This document shows, in pieces, positions 1 to 9,340 of a stretch of DNA of 64,000 nt. Source of the DNA: Vicinamibacterales bacterium. Lineage in GTDB: Bacteria > Acidobacteriota > Vicinamibacteria > Vicinamibacterales > UBA8438. How positions within the stretch are numbered: the stretch's first letter is position 1; each line of letters starts with the position of its first letter. The notes beneath the pieces were generated by a model, which saw only the letters and a program-made list of their open reading frames with translations, was not told where the DNA came from and did no database searches. The position numbers were made by a program, and so were the translations under genes. The stretch covers positions 4,608,375-4,672,374 of the forward strand of contig OZ242003.1 in assembly GCA_965204675.1 (NCBI GenBank), read 5' to 3'.

Positions 1-1
1 G

Positions 2-370
2 CTGCTGGCTGCCGCCGCCGTCGCCGTCGGCCCCGCAGCCGGTGCGGCGAGGCAGGACGCGGCCATGCTCGAAGGCGACGCCGCCAACGGGGCGCAGCTC
101 TTCACGGACTACACCTGCTACGGCTGCCACGGCTACACCGGCGAGACCGGCCGGGGACCGCGGCTGAACCCGCCCCGCCTGCGGCAGGCGCAGTTCATCG
201 CCTACTTGCGGAACCCGCCGAACCCCCGGCAGATGCCGCCGTACCGGCAGGCCGACGTCTCCGACCAGAAGCTGGCCGACATCTACGCGTTTCTCGAGTC
301 GCTGCCGTCGGCGTCGCCCGACGCCGAGGACATCCCGGTGCTGCGCGAGATCCTGCGGGAGACCCGGTAG
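2..370 (+). CDS. c-type cytochrome, 5' end outside window
   Basis: Frame is open from base 2 (LLAAAAVAVGPAAG, signal-peptide-like). Single haem-binding CxxCH motif (CYGCH). Stop at 368-370. ORF track 65..370. Confidence 0.75.
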   Translation: MLAAAAVAVGPAAGAARQDAAMLEGDAANGAQLFTDYTCYGCHGYTGETGRGPRLNPPRLRQAQFIAYLRNPPNPRQMPPYRQADVSDQKLADIYAFLESLPSASPDAEDIPVLREILRETR

Positions 371-535
371 GAAACCCGGCCGGAAGTCGCCCCAAGGGGC
401 CGGGGGCCGCCACCCGCGGTGCCGCCGGCTCGTCGTGCGGCCGCTCGGCACCGCGCGCCTGCCTGCGCGACTTCGCCCCAACGCTTCCCGTGGCATGGCG
501 CCGGAACCTCGTGAGGTCGGCAGGTGCCGGTGGCT

Positions 536-2512
536 CTACGGCAAGGCCAGCGCCACCCACTCGGGGACCTCGCCGCGCGCCCCGACGGCAACGACGATGT
601 ACTGGCGCCCCTCGTGCAGGTAGGTCATGGGGCCGCCGGTGGTGCCGGCGGGGAGCTCCGTCTCCCACACCACCGCGCCCGTCGCCTTGTCGTAGGCCCG
701 GAACGTCCTGCCCCACCGCCACGACTGGTCCTGCTCGGGGTCTGACGGGTCGCCCTCGCCGCGCTGGGTGCCGATGATGGCGTCGCTGCCCTCGCCGAGG
801 AAGAGCAGCGTGCCGGTCACGAGCGGGGCCGGGCGGTTCGGCGTGCCGAGCGGCGGCAGGTCGAGGTGCCGCAGGCGCGGGTGGTTCCGCGGCCCGTCGC
901 CGTTGGGGGCCATCCACGCCAGCTCGCCCCGGTTGAGGTCGAGGGCGGTGATGCGCCCGTAGGGCGGCTTGGTGATGGGCAGCCCGTGGGGCCGGGGGGT
1001 GGGCACGCGCAACTCGTCCCCCCGCGGCGTCGCCCAGGCGAGCGTCGCGTCCTCGTCGGTGGTCGGGGCGACGCTCCAGACCGTCGGCATGGTGTGGGAC
1101 ACCGCGTAGTAGATGCCGGTCTCGGGGTCGAACGCCCCGGTGTGCCAGTTGCCGGCGCCCCAGCCGCCGGGGGCGGTCAACGTGCCCACCTTGCCGTCGG
1201 GCGCCCCCGTCCGCGGCCACGGCGGCGTGAACAGGGGCCCGAGCACGAGGGACTCGACCGCCTCGAGGGCGGCGGCGCGCAGCTCGGGGGTGAAGTCGAT
1301 CAGGTCGTCCTCGGTGACGCCCTGCCGGTCGAACGGCGGCGGCTTCGTGGGAAACGGCTGCGTCGGCGAGGTCCTCTCGCCCGGCACGACCGACTGCGGC
1401 ACCGGGCGCTCCTCGATGGGCCACACCGGCTCGCCGGTCTCGCGGTCGAACACGTAGAGGAACGCGGTCTTGCTGGGCTGCATCACCGCCCGGACGCGCC
1501 GGCCGTCGACGGTGATGTCGCCGAGGGTCGGCGGCCCCACGGTGTCGTACTCCCAGACGTCGTGATGCACCATCTGGAAGTGCCACACCCGCTCGCCGGT
1601 GGCGGCCTCGAGGGCGACGAGGCTGTCCGAGAAGAGGTTGTCGCCCGGCCGGTGCCCGCCGTAGACCATGCCCGTCGGCGCCGACAGGGGCACGTACACG
1701 TGCCCCAGCGCCTCGTCGGCGGCGAGGCAGCACCAGGACCCGAGGTCGCCCGAGTAGGCGGCGGCGCCGCCCCACGTCTCAGCCCCGAACTCTCCTTCCC
1801 GGGGCACGACATGGAACGTCCACAGCAGCTCGCCGGTGCGCACGTCGAAGCCGCGGACGTCCTCGGGGGCCGCCTCGCGGACGATCCCGCCGTCGCCGGC
1901 CCCGCCCGTGATGCCGGCCACGACCACGACGTCGCCGACCACGATCGGCCCCGCCGACCAGTCGAAGTCGCCGGCGAGGGGGTGGTCCCACCGCAGATCG
2001 ACCCGGCCCTGGTCGGCGAGCCCGAACCCCGGCGCGGGACGGCCGGTCCGCGCGTCGACCGAGTACAGGTACCCGCCCCGCACGAACAGCAGCCGCCGGA
2101 CCGCGCCGTCGCTCCACCAGGCGGCTCCCCGCGTGCTGCGGCCGGCGACCTCCTCGAGGGTCGCCGCGAACGGCGCCTGCCGCCACACCGTCTCGCCGGT
2201 GCCCGCATCGAAGGCCTCGAGCAGCCCGACCGCGTTGGGGGCGTAGAGCTCGCCGTCGATCATGACCGGCGTAGACCGCAGGTAGGCGTTGACCCCCAGG
2301 TCGGGAAACGCCTCCCGCACGGCGGGGTCGAGGCCCGGCCGGCGCCAGACGATCTCCAGGTCGGCGACGTTCTCGTGGTCGATGAGATCGAGGGGCGAGT
2401 AGCGCGTGAACGCCTCGTCGCCGCCGAAGTAGCGCCACTCGCCGGACGGCTGGGCCGCGGCCGACGCGGCCGACGCCATCACCGCCAGGAACGTCAGGAC
2501 AGGGTTCCGCAT
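536..2512 (-). CDS. Secreted PQQ-dependent dehydrogenase (glucose/quinate dehydrogenase-like beta-propeller, no membrane anchor)
   Basis: ORF 536..2578. Likely start is the ATG at 2512 (MRNPVLTFLAVMASAASAAAQ signal peptide). Motifs GDNLFSDSLVALEAATGERVWHFQMVHHDVWEYD and FLYVFDRETGEPVWPIEERPVP are typical of quinoprotein propellers. Paralog of 52681..54654. Confidence 0.8.
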   Translation of the reverse strand: MRNPVLTFLAVMASAASAAAQPSGEWRYFGGDEAFTRYSPLDLIDHENVADLEIVWRRPGLDPAVREAFPDLGVNAYLRSTPVMIDGELYAPNAVGLLEAFDAGTGETVWRQAPFAATLEEVAGRSTRGAAWWSDGAVRRLLFVRGGYLYSVDARTGRPAPGFGLADQGRVDLRWDHPLAGDFDWSAGPIVVGDVVVVAGITGGAGDGGIVREAAPEDVRGFDVRTGELLWTFHVVPREGEFGAETWGGAAAYSGDLGSWCCLAADEALGHVYVPLSAPTGMVYGGHRPGDNLFSDSLVALEAATGERVWHFQMVHHDVWEYDTVGPPTLGDITVDGRRVRAVMQPSKTAFLYVFDRETGEPVWPIEERPVPQSVVPGERTSPTQPFPTKPPPFDRQGVTEDDLIDFTPELRAAALEAVESLVLGPLFTPPWPRTGAPDGKVGTLTAPGGWGAGNWHTGAFDPETGIYYAVSHTMPTVWSVAPTTDEDATLAWATPRGDELRVPTPRPHGLPITKPPYGRITALDLNRGELAWMAPNGDGPRNHPRLRHLDLPPLGTPNRPAPLVTGTLLFLGEGSDAIIGTQRGEGDPSDPEQDQSWRWGRTFRAYDKATGAVVWETELPAGTTGGPMTYLHEGRQYIVVAVGARGEVPEWVALALP

Positions 2513-2947
2513 GGTCACACGTCCTCTCGTCGTCGGCAGCCGGTCGGCCGCCACATGCCGGTTCGCCGACGCGGACACGCCGCCCCTGCGGGCCGGTCCT
2601 CACGTCGGGGCCGCCGGCGGCATCGTATACCCGTCGAGAGGGCCCGCACCATCTCGTGCCGTCGCGCGCCTCTCGGGGCGGCCACGCACGGCACCGGGAC
2701 CGACCGGCCACGCGCGGCCCGGCGTTCCCGCCGTGAAGCCGCGCCGACTCCCGCCGGCAGACGCCGACTCCCCGGGAGGTCGGCCTCGCGCCAGCCGGCG
2801 CCGCTGGCCATGGTTCGCCGGGCCACGCAACCAGCCGCGGAGGCCCCATCGCCCCCCCGCCGTGTCCGGCGAGCCGGCGGCCCCGACGGGATGATTGGGA
2901 GAAGCCGGCGCCGGTCCGCTTCCCGCTGCGGCTATCATGGTGCCGAC

Positions 2948-3481
2948 ATGACCCGCAGGCAGTTCGAGCGGCTCGTCGCGCGCGCGAGGCGCGGCGTGGA
3001 ACGCGCGGTGCGAGACTATCCGCCCCGGTTCCGCCGCGAGATGGACAACGTCGCGCTCGTCGTCGAGGACGAGCCGGGGCCGGAGCGGCTCGCCGAGATG
3101 GAGATCGAGCCGCCGGACACGCTGTACGGCCTCTACGAGGGCATCCCCCTGCCGGAGCGGGAGTGGACGCACGGCAACGTGCTGCCCGACGTCATCACCA
3201 TCTACCAGCGGCCGATCCTGGAGGACTGCGAGGACGAGGACGACGTCGTCAAGGCCATCGGCGAGACCGTGATCCACGAGTTCGGCCACTACTTCGGGCT
3301 GGACGAGGACCAGATCGACGAGATCGAGGCCCTCTGGCGGGGCGAGACCGGCCCCGACGCCCCCGCGCCGCGTCGCAACGCCGCGGCCGGGCCGGCCGTG
3401 CGTCAATCGGATTCGAAGCGGGCGTCGGGGCTCCGCCGACTGCTGGCGGCTTGCATTCGCGTTCTCCGGCGCGTAAGCTGA
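2948..3481 (+). CDS. Small zincin-like metallopeptidase family protein (DUF1025/Zincin_1-like)
   Basis: Only the 3' part of the 866..3481 shadow ORF looks coding. Starts MTRRQFERLV. HExxH in VIHEFGHYFGLDEDQIDEIE. TATCAT box ends 9 nt upstream of the ATG. Confidence 0.7.
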   Translation: MTRRQFERLVARARRGVERAVRDYPPRFRREMDNVALVVEDEPGPERLAEMEIEPPDTLYGLYEGIPLPEREWTHGNVLPDVITIYQRPILEDCEDEDDVVKAIGETVIHEFGHYFGLDEDQIDEIEALWRGETGPDAPAPRRNAAAGPAVRQSDSKRASGLRRLLAACIRVLRRVS

Positions 3482-3650
3482 CGTGTTGAATACGTTTGTC
3501 GCGCCGCCCGTTCGGCGGAAGCCGCCGGTGGTCCATTCTCGGCCGAGGCCGCCGGTGGGGTGTGGCTGGCTCCGGCGGGTCGGCGCAGTTCCGGAGCGAC
3601 AGGGTCGACACGCCGGCAGTCTGCGGCGTCCACCCGCAGGAGAACCAGAG

Positions 3651-4649
3651 ATGAGAACGAGATGCGTCGCGGGGTTGTTCATATTCGCGTTGGCCCTGGC
3701 CCTCGGCGCGCCGGTGCTGGCGCAGTCGGACGAGCCGACCATGCCGATGCGCCGGCCGCACGGCGACCCGGACATCTCCGGGATCTTCACGTTCCGGACG
3801 CTGACGCCGCTGCAGCGCCCCCAGCAGTTCGCCGAGCAGGAGACCCTGGACCCGGAGACCGCCGCCGCGTTCGAGGCGTCGGAGCGCACCCGGCAGAACC
3901 GCGACCTCTTCGACCCCATCGCGGGCGCGCGCAGCGCCGGATACGCGCCGCGCTCGGAGGGCGGCGTGCTGTCGTACAACGAGTTCTGGTACGAGCGGGG
4001 CGTCGACCTCACCGACGACAAGCGCACGTCGCTGATCATCGATCCGCCGGACGGGCGGCTGCCGCCCCGGACCCCGGAAGCCATCGAGGCAGGGCGTGAG
4101 CGCGCGGCCTACCGCCGCGAGCACATGTACGACTCGTACGAGAACCGCAGCCTGATGGACCGCTGCATCATGGGCTTCAACGCCGGCCCGCCGATGTCGT
4201 CGAGCGCGTACAACAACAACGTGATGATCTTCCAGACCGAGGACCACGTCGTGATCCTCAACGAGATGGTGCACAACGCCCGCATCATCCCCATCGACGA
4301 CGTCGCGAAGCCGCCGTTCAAGCAGTTCTCCGGGGTGTCGCGCGGCCACTGGGAAGGCGAGACGTTCGTCGTCGAGACCACCCAGTTCCGCGGCGGCGAG
4401 AGCCGCGGCACGAGCCCCAACAAGCACCTCATCGAGAAGTTCACGCGGATCAACCCCGACCGGGTCGCCTACGAGTACACCGTCACCGACCCCACGGTCT
4501 ACACCGCGCCGCATACGGTGTTGATGCCGTTCCGCCGCACCGACGGCCCGCTCTTCGAGTACGCGTGCCACGAGGGCAACATCGGCCTCTACGGCATCCT
4601 CGCCGGCGCGCGCGAGCTCGAGCGCCAGGGCCGCGAGCTGCGGCCGTAG
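3651..4649 (+). CDS. Secreted protein of an uncharacterised family (paralog 1 of 4 in window)
   Basis: ATG at 3651 preceded by AGGAGA. Signal peptide MRTRCVAGLFIFALALALGAPVLAQ. Motifs RTSLIIDPPDGRLP, DRCIMGFNAGPPM, HWEGETFVVETTQF and FEYACHEGN are shared with 17983..19134, 38364..39374 and 49710..50786. Confidence 0.8.
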   Translation: MRTRCVAGLFIFALALALGAPVLAQSDEPTMPMRRPHGDPDISGIFTFRTLTPLQRPQQFAEQETLDPETAAAFEASERTRQNRDLFDPIAGARSAGYAPRSEGGVLSYNEFWYERGVDLTDDKRTSLIIDPPDGRLPPRTPEAIEAGRERAAYRREHMYDSYENRSLMDRCIMGFNAGPPMSSSAYNNNVMIFQTEDHVVILNEMVHNARIIPIDDVAKPPFKQFSGVSRGHWEGETFVVETTQFRGGESRGTSPNKHLIEKFTRINPDRVAYEYTVTDPTVYTAPHTVLMPFRRTDGPLFEYACHEGNIGLYGILAGARELERQGRELRP

Positions 4650-4791
4650 CCGCCGGCGGCGGGGTCCGACGGTTCCCCGCCGGCCCCGAGGCAGCCTCGG
4701 CACGACGGGACCGAACGGCAGACACGGGCCGGTATCGCGCACGACCGCGGTGCCGGCCCGTCCTTTTGGCGAGTGAACGGGGAGACCGCAC

Positions 4792-6081
4792 ATGCATTCA
4801 GTGAAGAGCGCGAGGTCATGGCCCGCCGCCGGTTCGCTGCTCGCCCTGCTGCTGGCGGCGGCCTGCGGCGGCGAAGCGCCGGCGCCGGAGGCCACCGGCG
4901 TCACCGCCTACGAGGGGGCGCGGGTCATCGTCGGCAACGGCGACGTCATCGAGACGGGCACCCTCGTCGTCGACCGGGACCGGCTGACGGCCGTGGGCGA
5001 CAGCGCCTCGGTCGAGGTGCCCGAGGGCGCGGCCCGGGTCGATCTGTCGGGACGCACGGTCATGCCCGCCATCATCGACACCCACGTCCACCTGCGCGCC
5101 GAGGACCGCGACACCCTCGTCGAGGACCTGCAGCGCAAGGCCTATTACGGGGTCGCGGCGGTGCTGAGCCTGGGCCGTGGCACCGGCGAGGCGGCGTTCG
5201 CGGTGCGCGACGAGGCCGTCCCCGACGCCGCCCGCTACTTCACCGTCGACCGGGGCATCACCGCGCCCGAGCCGGGCCGCACCGAGGTCCCCTTCTGGAT
5301 CACGACCGAGGAGGAGGCGCGCGCGGCGGTGCAGGAGCTGTCGCCCCTGGGCCTCGACTGGATCAAGATCTGGGTCGACGACCGCGGCGGCCAGTTCGAC
5401 AAGCTGACCCCCGAGCTGTACGGCGCGGTGATCGACGAGGCGCACCAGAACGGGCTGCGGGTCACCGCCCACGTCTTCACGCTCGAGGACGCCAAGGGGC
5501 TACTGGAAGCCGGCATCGACGGGTTCGCGCACGGCATCCGCGACATGGACATCGACGACGAGGTGGTCGAGATGTTCAGGGAGCGCCCCGGCGTCTACCT
5601 CGTGCCGAACCTGCCGGGGCCCGGCGTGCCCGTCGACCTGAGCTGGATCGGCGGCACCATCCCGGCGGAGCAGCTCGAGCAGATGCAGGCCCAGCAGGTC
5701 GACCGGCCCGAGGCCCGGGAGGCCTTCGGCATCCAGGCCCGCAACCTCGAGCGGCTGAGCGCCGAGGGGGTCGTCACCATCGCGTTCGGCACCGACGGCG
5801 GCGCCGGCTGGAGCCCCCACGCCGAGATGGAGGACATGGTGCGCACCGGCATGAGCGCCGCCGACGTCATCGTCGCCGCCACGCAGAGCTCCGCCGCGAT
5901 GATGCGGCTCGACGACCTCGGCACCCTCGAGGCCGGCAAGAGCGCCGACTTCATCGTGCTCGAGGCGAACCCCCTGGACGACATCACGAACACCCGCGGC
6001 ATCGTGGACGTCTACCTCCGGGGCGAGGCGGTCGACCGCGAGGCGCTCAGCGCCGCCTGGGTCGGCGGCGCGTCCGACTAG
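4792..6081 (+). CDS. Amidohydrolase-family metal-dependent hydrolase, lipoprotein
   Basis: Lipobox LLAAAC after the signal sequence. HxH metal motif AIIDTHVHL. C-terminal GTLEAGKSADFIVL is typical of the amidohydrolase superfamily. Confidence 0.8.
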   Translation: MHSVKSARSWPAAGSLLALLLAAACGGEAPAPEATGVTAYEGARVIVGNGDVIETGTLVVDRDRLTAVGDSASVEVPEGAARVDLSGRTVMPAIIDTHVHLRAEDRDTLVEDLQRKAYYGVAAVLSLGRGTGEAAFAVRDEAVPDAARYFTVDRGITAPEPGRTEVPFWITTEEEARAAVQELSPLGLDWIKIWVDDRGGQFDKLTPELYGAVIDEAHQNGLRVTAHVFTLEDAKGLLEAGIDGFAHGIRDMDIDDEVVEMFRERPGVYLVPNLPGPGVPVDLSWIGGTIPAEQLEQMQAQQVDRPEAREAFGIQARNLERLSAEGVVTIAFGTDGGAGWSPHAEMEDMVRTGMSAADVIVAATQSSAAMMRLDDLGTLEAGKSADFIVLEANPLDDITNTRGIVDVYLRGEAVDREALSAAWVGGASD

Positions 6082-6333
6082 GGGAGCTGCGTAGCCGCAA
6101 CCTGCAGGCGGGAGTCACTTCCGGTTCGCGAGCAGGGTGGCGTCGATGCGCGCGTCACCGCATCGATCCGAGCACCAGCTCGCGCCGAACGCGGTCCACC
6201 ATCCGACAGACGCCGACGAGGACACCACTTCCGTCGACACGGTCGGGAGAACTTCGACGTTCAGTGTCTCCAGACTACGACGGACGCGCCCGTGGCCGGC
6301 CCGCGCTGGCAGCCACGGGCGCGCGAGCAGTGC

Positions 6334-7137
6334 TCAGTAGGCGTCGTAGCCTTCCGTCAGCTCGATGTAGGTGCCGGCCGGGTCCGTGAGGAAGGCGATC
6401 TTCAACTGGATGCTGTCGATCTCGCGGTACTCGACGTCGAACTCGATCCCCTTCGCCTTCAACTGCTCGCAGAACGCCTCGAGATCGTCCACCTCGAAGC
6501 CGATGTGGTCCAGCGCTCGCCCCCGCGTGCCGACCGGCTCGTCGACGCTGCCGGCCCCGAAGCTCATGTTCATGCCGGGCACGTCGGTCGTCGTCTGAAT
6601 GCGACCGCGCGGCCGGATGCCCAGGCCGAAGACCTCGGTGTACCAGTCGAGCAGCTCCTCGTACTCGGGCGTGAAGAAGTGGATGTGGTAGCCGGCGATG
6701 GGAACGTGCAGCGACGGGTCCTCCTGCAGCTCGACCCAGACGCCGTCGGGGGCCATCACGTAGGCGTTGGGCATCCCCTCCGAGCCGATGAACTCGGGCC
6801 CGACTTCCATGCCCGCCTCGCGCCAACGCTGGACGAACTCGGTGGTGTTGCGCACCTTGAACCCGAAGTGGTCGAGCACCGAGCCCTGCATGGGGCCGGT
6901 CGGCTCGCGCTCGGTCAGCGCGATCAGGAAGTTGGGCAGCCGGACGGCGGTCAGCGGGCCCTTCTCGACGACCTCGCCGCCGAACCACTCGACCCACAGC
7001 TTCTTGTGGACCTCGATGTCGCTGACGTTCAGGTGCACGTGCCCGTAGGTGATCCCGGCCTCGTTGGGCACCGCGAGCTGGGCCTGGGCCGGCGCGACGA
7101 GGGCCAGCACGGCGACGACGGTCATCAGCCACTTCAT
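6334..7137 (-). CDS. Secreted VOC/glyoxalase-family protein (two tandem VOC modules)
   Basis: Signal peptide MKWLMTVVAVLALVAPAQA. Two repeats of the Hxx...GFxV...E pattern (YGHVHLNV...DHFGFKV and YHIHFF...DHIGFEV...YIELTE). Confidence 0.7.
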   Translation of the reverse strand: MKWLMTVVAVLALVAPAQAQLAVPNEAGITYGHVHLNVSDIEVHKKLWVEWFGGEVVEKGPLTAVRLPNFLIALTEREPTGPMQGSVLDHFGFKVRNTTEFVQRWREAGMEVGPEFIGSEGMPNAYVMAPDGVWVELQEDPSLHVPIAGYHIHFFTPEYEELLDWYTEVFGLGIRPRGRIQTTTDVPGMNMSFGAGSVDEPVGTRGRALDHIGFEVDDLEAFCEQLKAKGIEFDVEYREIDSIQLKIAFLTDPAGTYIELTEGYDAY

Positions 7138-7345
7138 TCTGCGTTCCTCCTCGGCGGCGCCGGCCGCCGGTCAGGGTCTCGTCGTCCGGTCTCGCGGCGC
7201 CCGGACGCGGGCCGGGACCGGCAAGCAGCACTCGGTCTGGAATTGTAGTCCATCGCCGCCGCCCGGTCGCCCGAATGCTCGGGCCGGGCGTTCAGGACAC
7301 GGACCGGATGGCCGGTGTCGGCGTTCGGCGGCCGGAACGAGCCCG

Positions 7346-7612
7346 CTACCGGACGTCGGCGACCGCGGGCGGCAGGATGGCGCGCTCGATGGTATCGAGA
7401 CTCTGCTCGACCTGTCCGAAACCCACTTCGACGGCGCGCAGCCGGTCGTCGACGGCCCGCAACCGACCGTCCATCCTTCGCATCTCGTCGCGAAGGTCGT
7501 CGATGCGTGCGTTCACGCCCGCAATCAACATCGCGAGGACGGTGACGACGATGGTGAGTCCGGCGAGGCCGGTGCCGATGATAGTGAGAATCAGGGCGCG
7601 CGTGTCGCTCAT
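7346..7612 (-). CDS. Small membrane-anchored coiled-coil protein (paralog of 17348..17653)
   Basis: ORF 7346..7642; internal ATG at 7612 gives MSDTRALILTIIGTGLAGLTIVVTVLAMLIAGV (one TM helix) followed by a heptad-like segment RIDDLRDEMRRMDGRLRAVDDRLRAVE. No family recognised. Confidence 0.5.
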   Translation of the reverse strand: MSDTRALILTIIGTGLAGLTIVVTVLAMLIAGVNARIDDLRDEMRRMDGRLRAVDDRLRAVEVGFGQVEQSLDTIERAILPPAVADVR

Positions 7613-7894
7613 CACACACAGCGTAGCATGAATGCACTGCAAACCCTGACCCGATCCGCAGTCGCCCCGATAGGCGCCCCGGAGGTCGGGAGGGCGGCAT
7701 CGGGGGCGCCTGACCAGCCCGCGCCGCCGTCAGCCCCGTCTACGGGCTTCATCGTGGGAGACCCGGGTGCTCAGCGCCGATCCGCCGCCTGCCCCGTCGC
7801 CCCCAACGACGGCGCCTTCGGTTCTGGAGGAGCCGGGCCGCACCAGGGGCGTTTACCGATCCGGGCACGGCGTCATGGTGCTATCGTACGACCC

Positions 7895-9013
7895 ATGATG
7901 ACGAATCGAAGGCACAGGATCGCGTCTCCGGCCCTGCTCCTGGCGCTCGCGCTGGCCGCCGGCGCTGCCGGCACCGGACAGGCCCAGCCGGCGCCAACCG
8001 GCGAGGACGTCCCGCAGTTCCGCATCGACCCGTTCTGGGCGCGCGAGCTGCCCGACAACTGGATGCTCGGGCAGGTCTCGGGCATCGACGTCGACGCCGA
8101 CGACCACGTCTGGGTCCTGCACCGCCCGCGGACCCTCGACGCCCGCCAGCGCGGCGAGGAAGGCATGTGCTGCGTGCCGGCGCCGCCGGTCATCGAGCTC
8201 GACCCCGACGGCAACGTCCTGCGGTCCTGGGGCGGGCCCGGCGACGGCTACGAATGGCCGGAGAGCGAGCACGGCATCCATGTCGACCACCAAGGCCACG
8301 TCTGGATCGGCGGCAACGCGGCCGGCGACGCCCACATCCTGAAGTTCACCAAGGACGGCGAGTTCCTGCTGCAGATCGGCCGGGCCGGCCAGAGCGGCGG
8401 GAGCAACGACACCGCGAACCTCGGCCGCCCCGCCGGCATCCGGGTGGACCCCGAGACCAACGAGGTCTACGTCGCCGACGGCTACGGCAACCGCCGCGTC
8501 ATCGTGTTCGACGCCGACACCGGCGAGTACCGCCGGCACTGGGGCGCCTACGGCGAGCGCCCCGACGACGGCCCGCTGCCGGCCTACGACCCCGACGCCG
8601 AGCCCATCCGCCACTACCGCAGCCCCGTGCACGACGTCGGCATCGCCCACGACGGGCTCGTCTACGTCGCCGACCGCACCAACAACCGCCTGCAGGTCTT
8701 CGACAAGCAGGGCACGTTCATCCGCGAGGCGTTCGTGCGCCCCGCGACCCTCGGCAGCGGCTCGGTCTCGGGCGTCACCCTCTCCGAGGACCCCGAGCAG
8801 CGCTGGCTGTACATCCCGGACGGCACCAACAACGTCATCTGGATTCTCGACCGCGAGACCCTCGAGGTGCGCGGCCGCTTCGGCCGCCTCGGCAAGATGG
8901 CCGGCCAGTTCTACCGGCTGCACAACCTCGCCGTCGACTCGCGCGGCAACCTCTACACCACCGAGGTCAACGTCGGCCAGCGCGTGCAGAAGTTCGACCG
9001 CCTCGGGGGGTGA
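7895..9013 (+). CDS. Secreted NHL-repeat beta-propeller protein (peptidyl-alpha-hydroxyglycine amidating lyase-like)
   Basis: Real start is the ATG ATG at 7895 within shadow ORF 7049..9013. Signal peptide. NHL-type repeats such as VYVADGYGNRRVIVFDADTGEY, VYVADRTNNRLQVFDKQGTF and LYTTEVNVGQRVQKF. Confidence 0.8.
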   Translation: MMTNRRHRIASPALLLALALAAGAAGTGQAQPAPTGEDVPQFRIDPFWARELPDNWMLGQVSGIDVDADDHVWVLHRPRTLDARQRGEEGMCCVPAPPVIELDPDGNVLRSWGGPGDGYEWPESEHGIHVDHQGHVWIGGNAAGDAHILKFTKDGEFLLQIGRAGQSGGSNDTANLGRPAGIRVDPETNEVYVADGYGNRRVIVFDADTGEYRRHWGAYGERPDDGPLPAYDPDAEPIRHYRSPVHDVGIAHDGLVYVADRTNNRLQVFDKQGTFIREAFVRPATLGSGSVSGVTLSEDPEQRWLYIPDGTNNVIWILDRETLEVRGRFGRLGKMAGQFYRLHNLAVDSRGNLYTTEVNVGQRVQKFDRLGG

Positions 9014-9060
9014 GCCGCTGACTCGGAGATTCTGAAAGGAGACGGCGGACGGGCGTCCCC

Positions 9061-9330
9061 ATGCCGGAAATCTCGCGATTCTTCGGGATCATCATCACGA
9101 TGTTTGCTGAAGCCGATGCACCGCATCACCGAGCGCACTTTCACGCCTACTACCAGGACGCGGCCGCCGTCTTCGCCATCGAACCCGTCGAGCTGATCGG
9201 CGGGCATCTGCCAAGAACCCAGCAGCGGCTGGTCGAAGCGTGGGCCGAGATTCACCGGGCGGAGCTCGCAACAGATTGGAAACGGTTACAGGCCGGGCAG
9301 CCGCCGCTGAAGATCGAACCGCTACGGTAG
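9061..9330 (+). CDS. DUF4160 domain protein
   Basis: N-terminus MPEISRFFGIIITMFAEADAPHHRAHFHAYY matches the DUF4160 signature. 10 nt upstream of the DUF2442 gene. Confidence 0.75.
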   Translation: MPEISRFFGIIITMFAEADAPHHRAHFHAYYQDAAAVFAIEPVELIGGHLPRTQQRLVEAWAEIHRAELATDWKRLQAGQPPLKIEPLR

Positions 9331-9340
9331 CCGGAGCGGC

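Noticed and set aside
866-3481. Very long ORFs in the six-frame track (e.g. 866..3481, 195..1775, 14624..16654, 19149..22481, 22704..24863, 35125..38094, 38364..40952 upstream part, 41076..44087, 59169..61934)
   Set aside because: Their products are Arg/Pro/Gly/Ala-rich, and they lie antisense or out of frame to ORFs with clear family motifs. This is the expected stop-codon-poor shadow-frame behaviour of ~70 % GC DNA. Only their terminal segments are real genes in a few cases (2948..3481, 22002..22481).
6082-6333. Lower-GC 250-bp spacer with a minus-strand open frame (..TLNVEVLPTVSTEVV..)
   Set aside because: It has no start codon, no motif, and is too short. It is probably a non-coding spacer or a fully decayed fragment.
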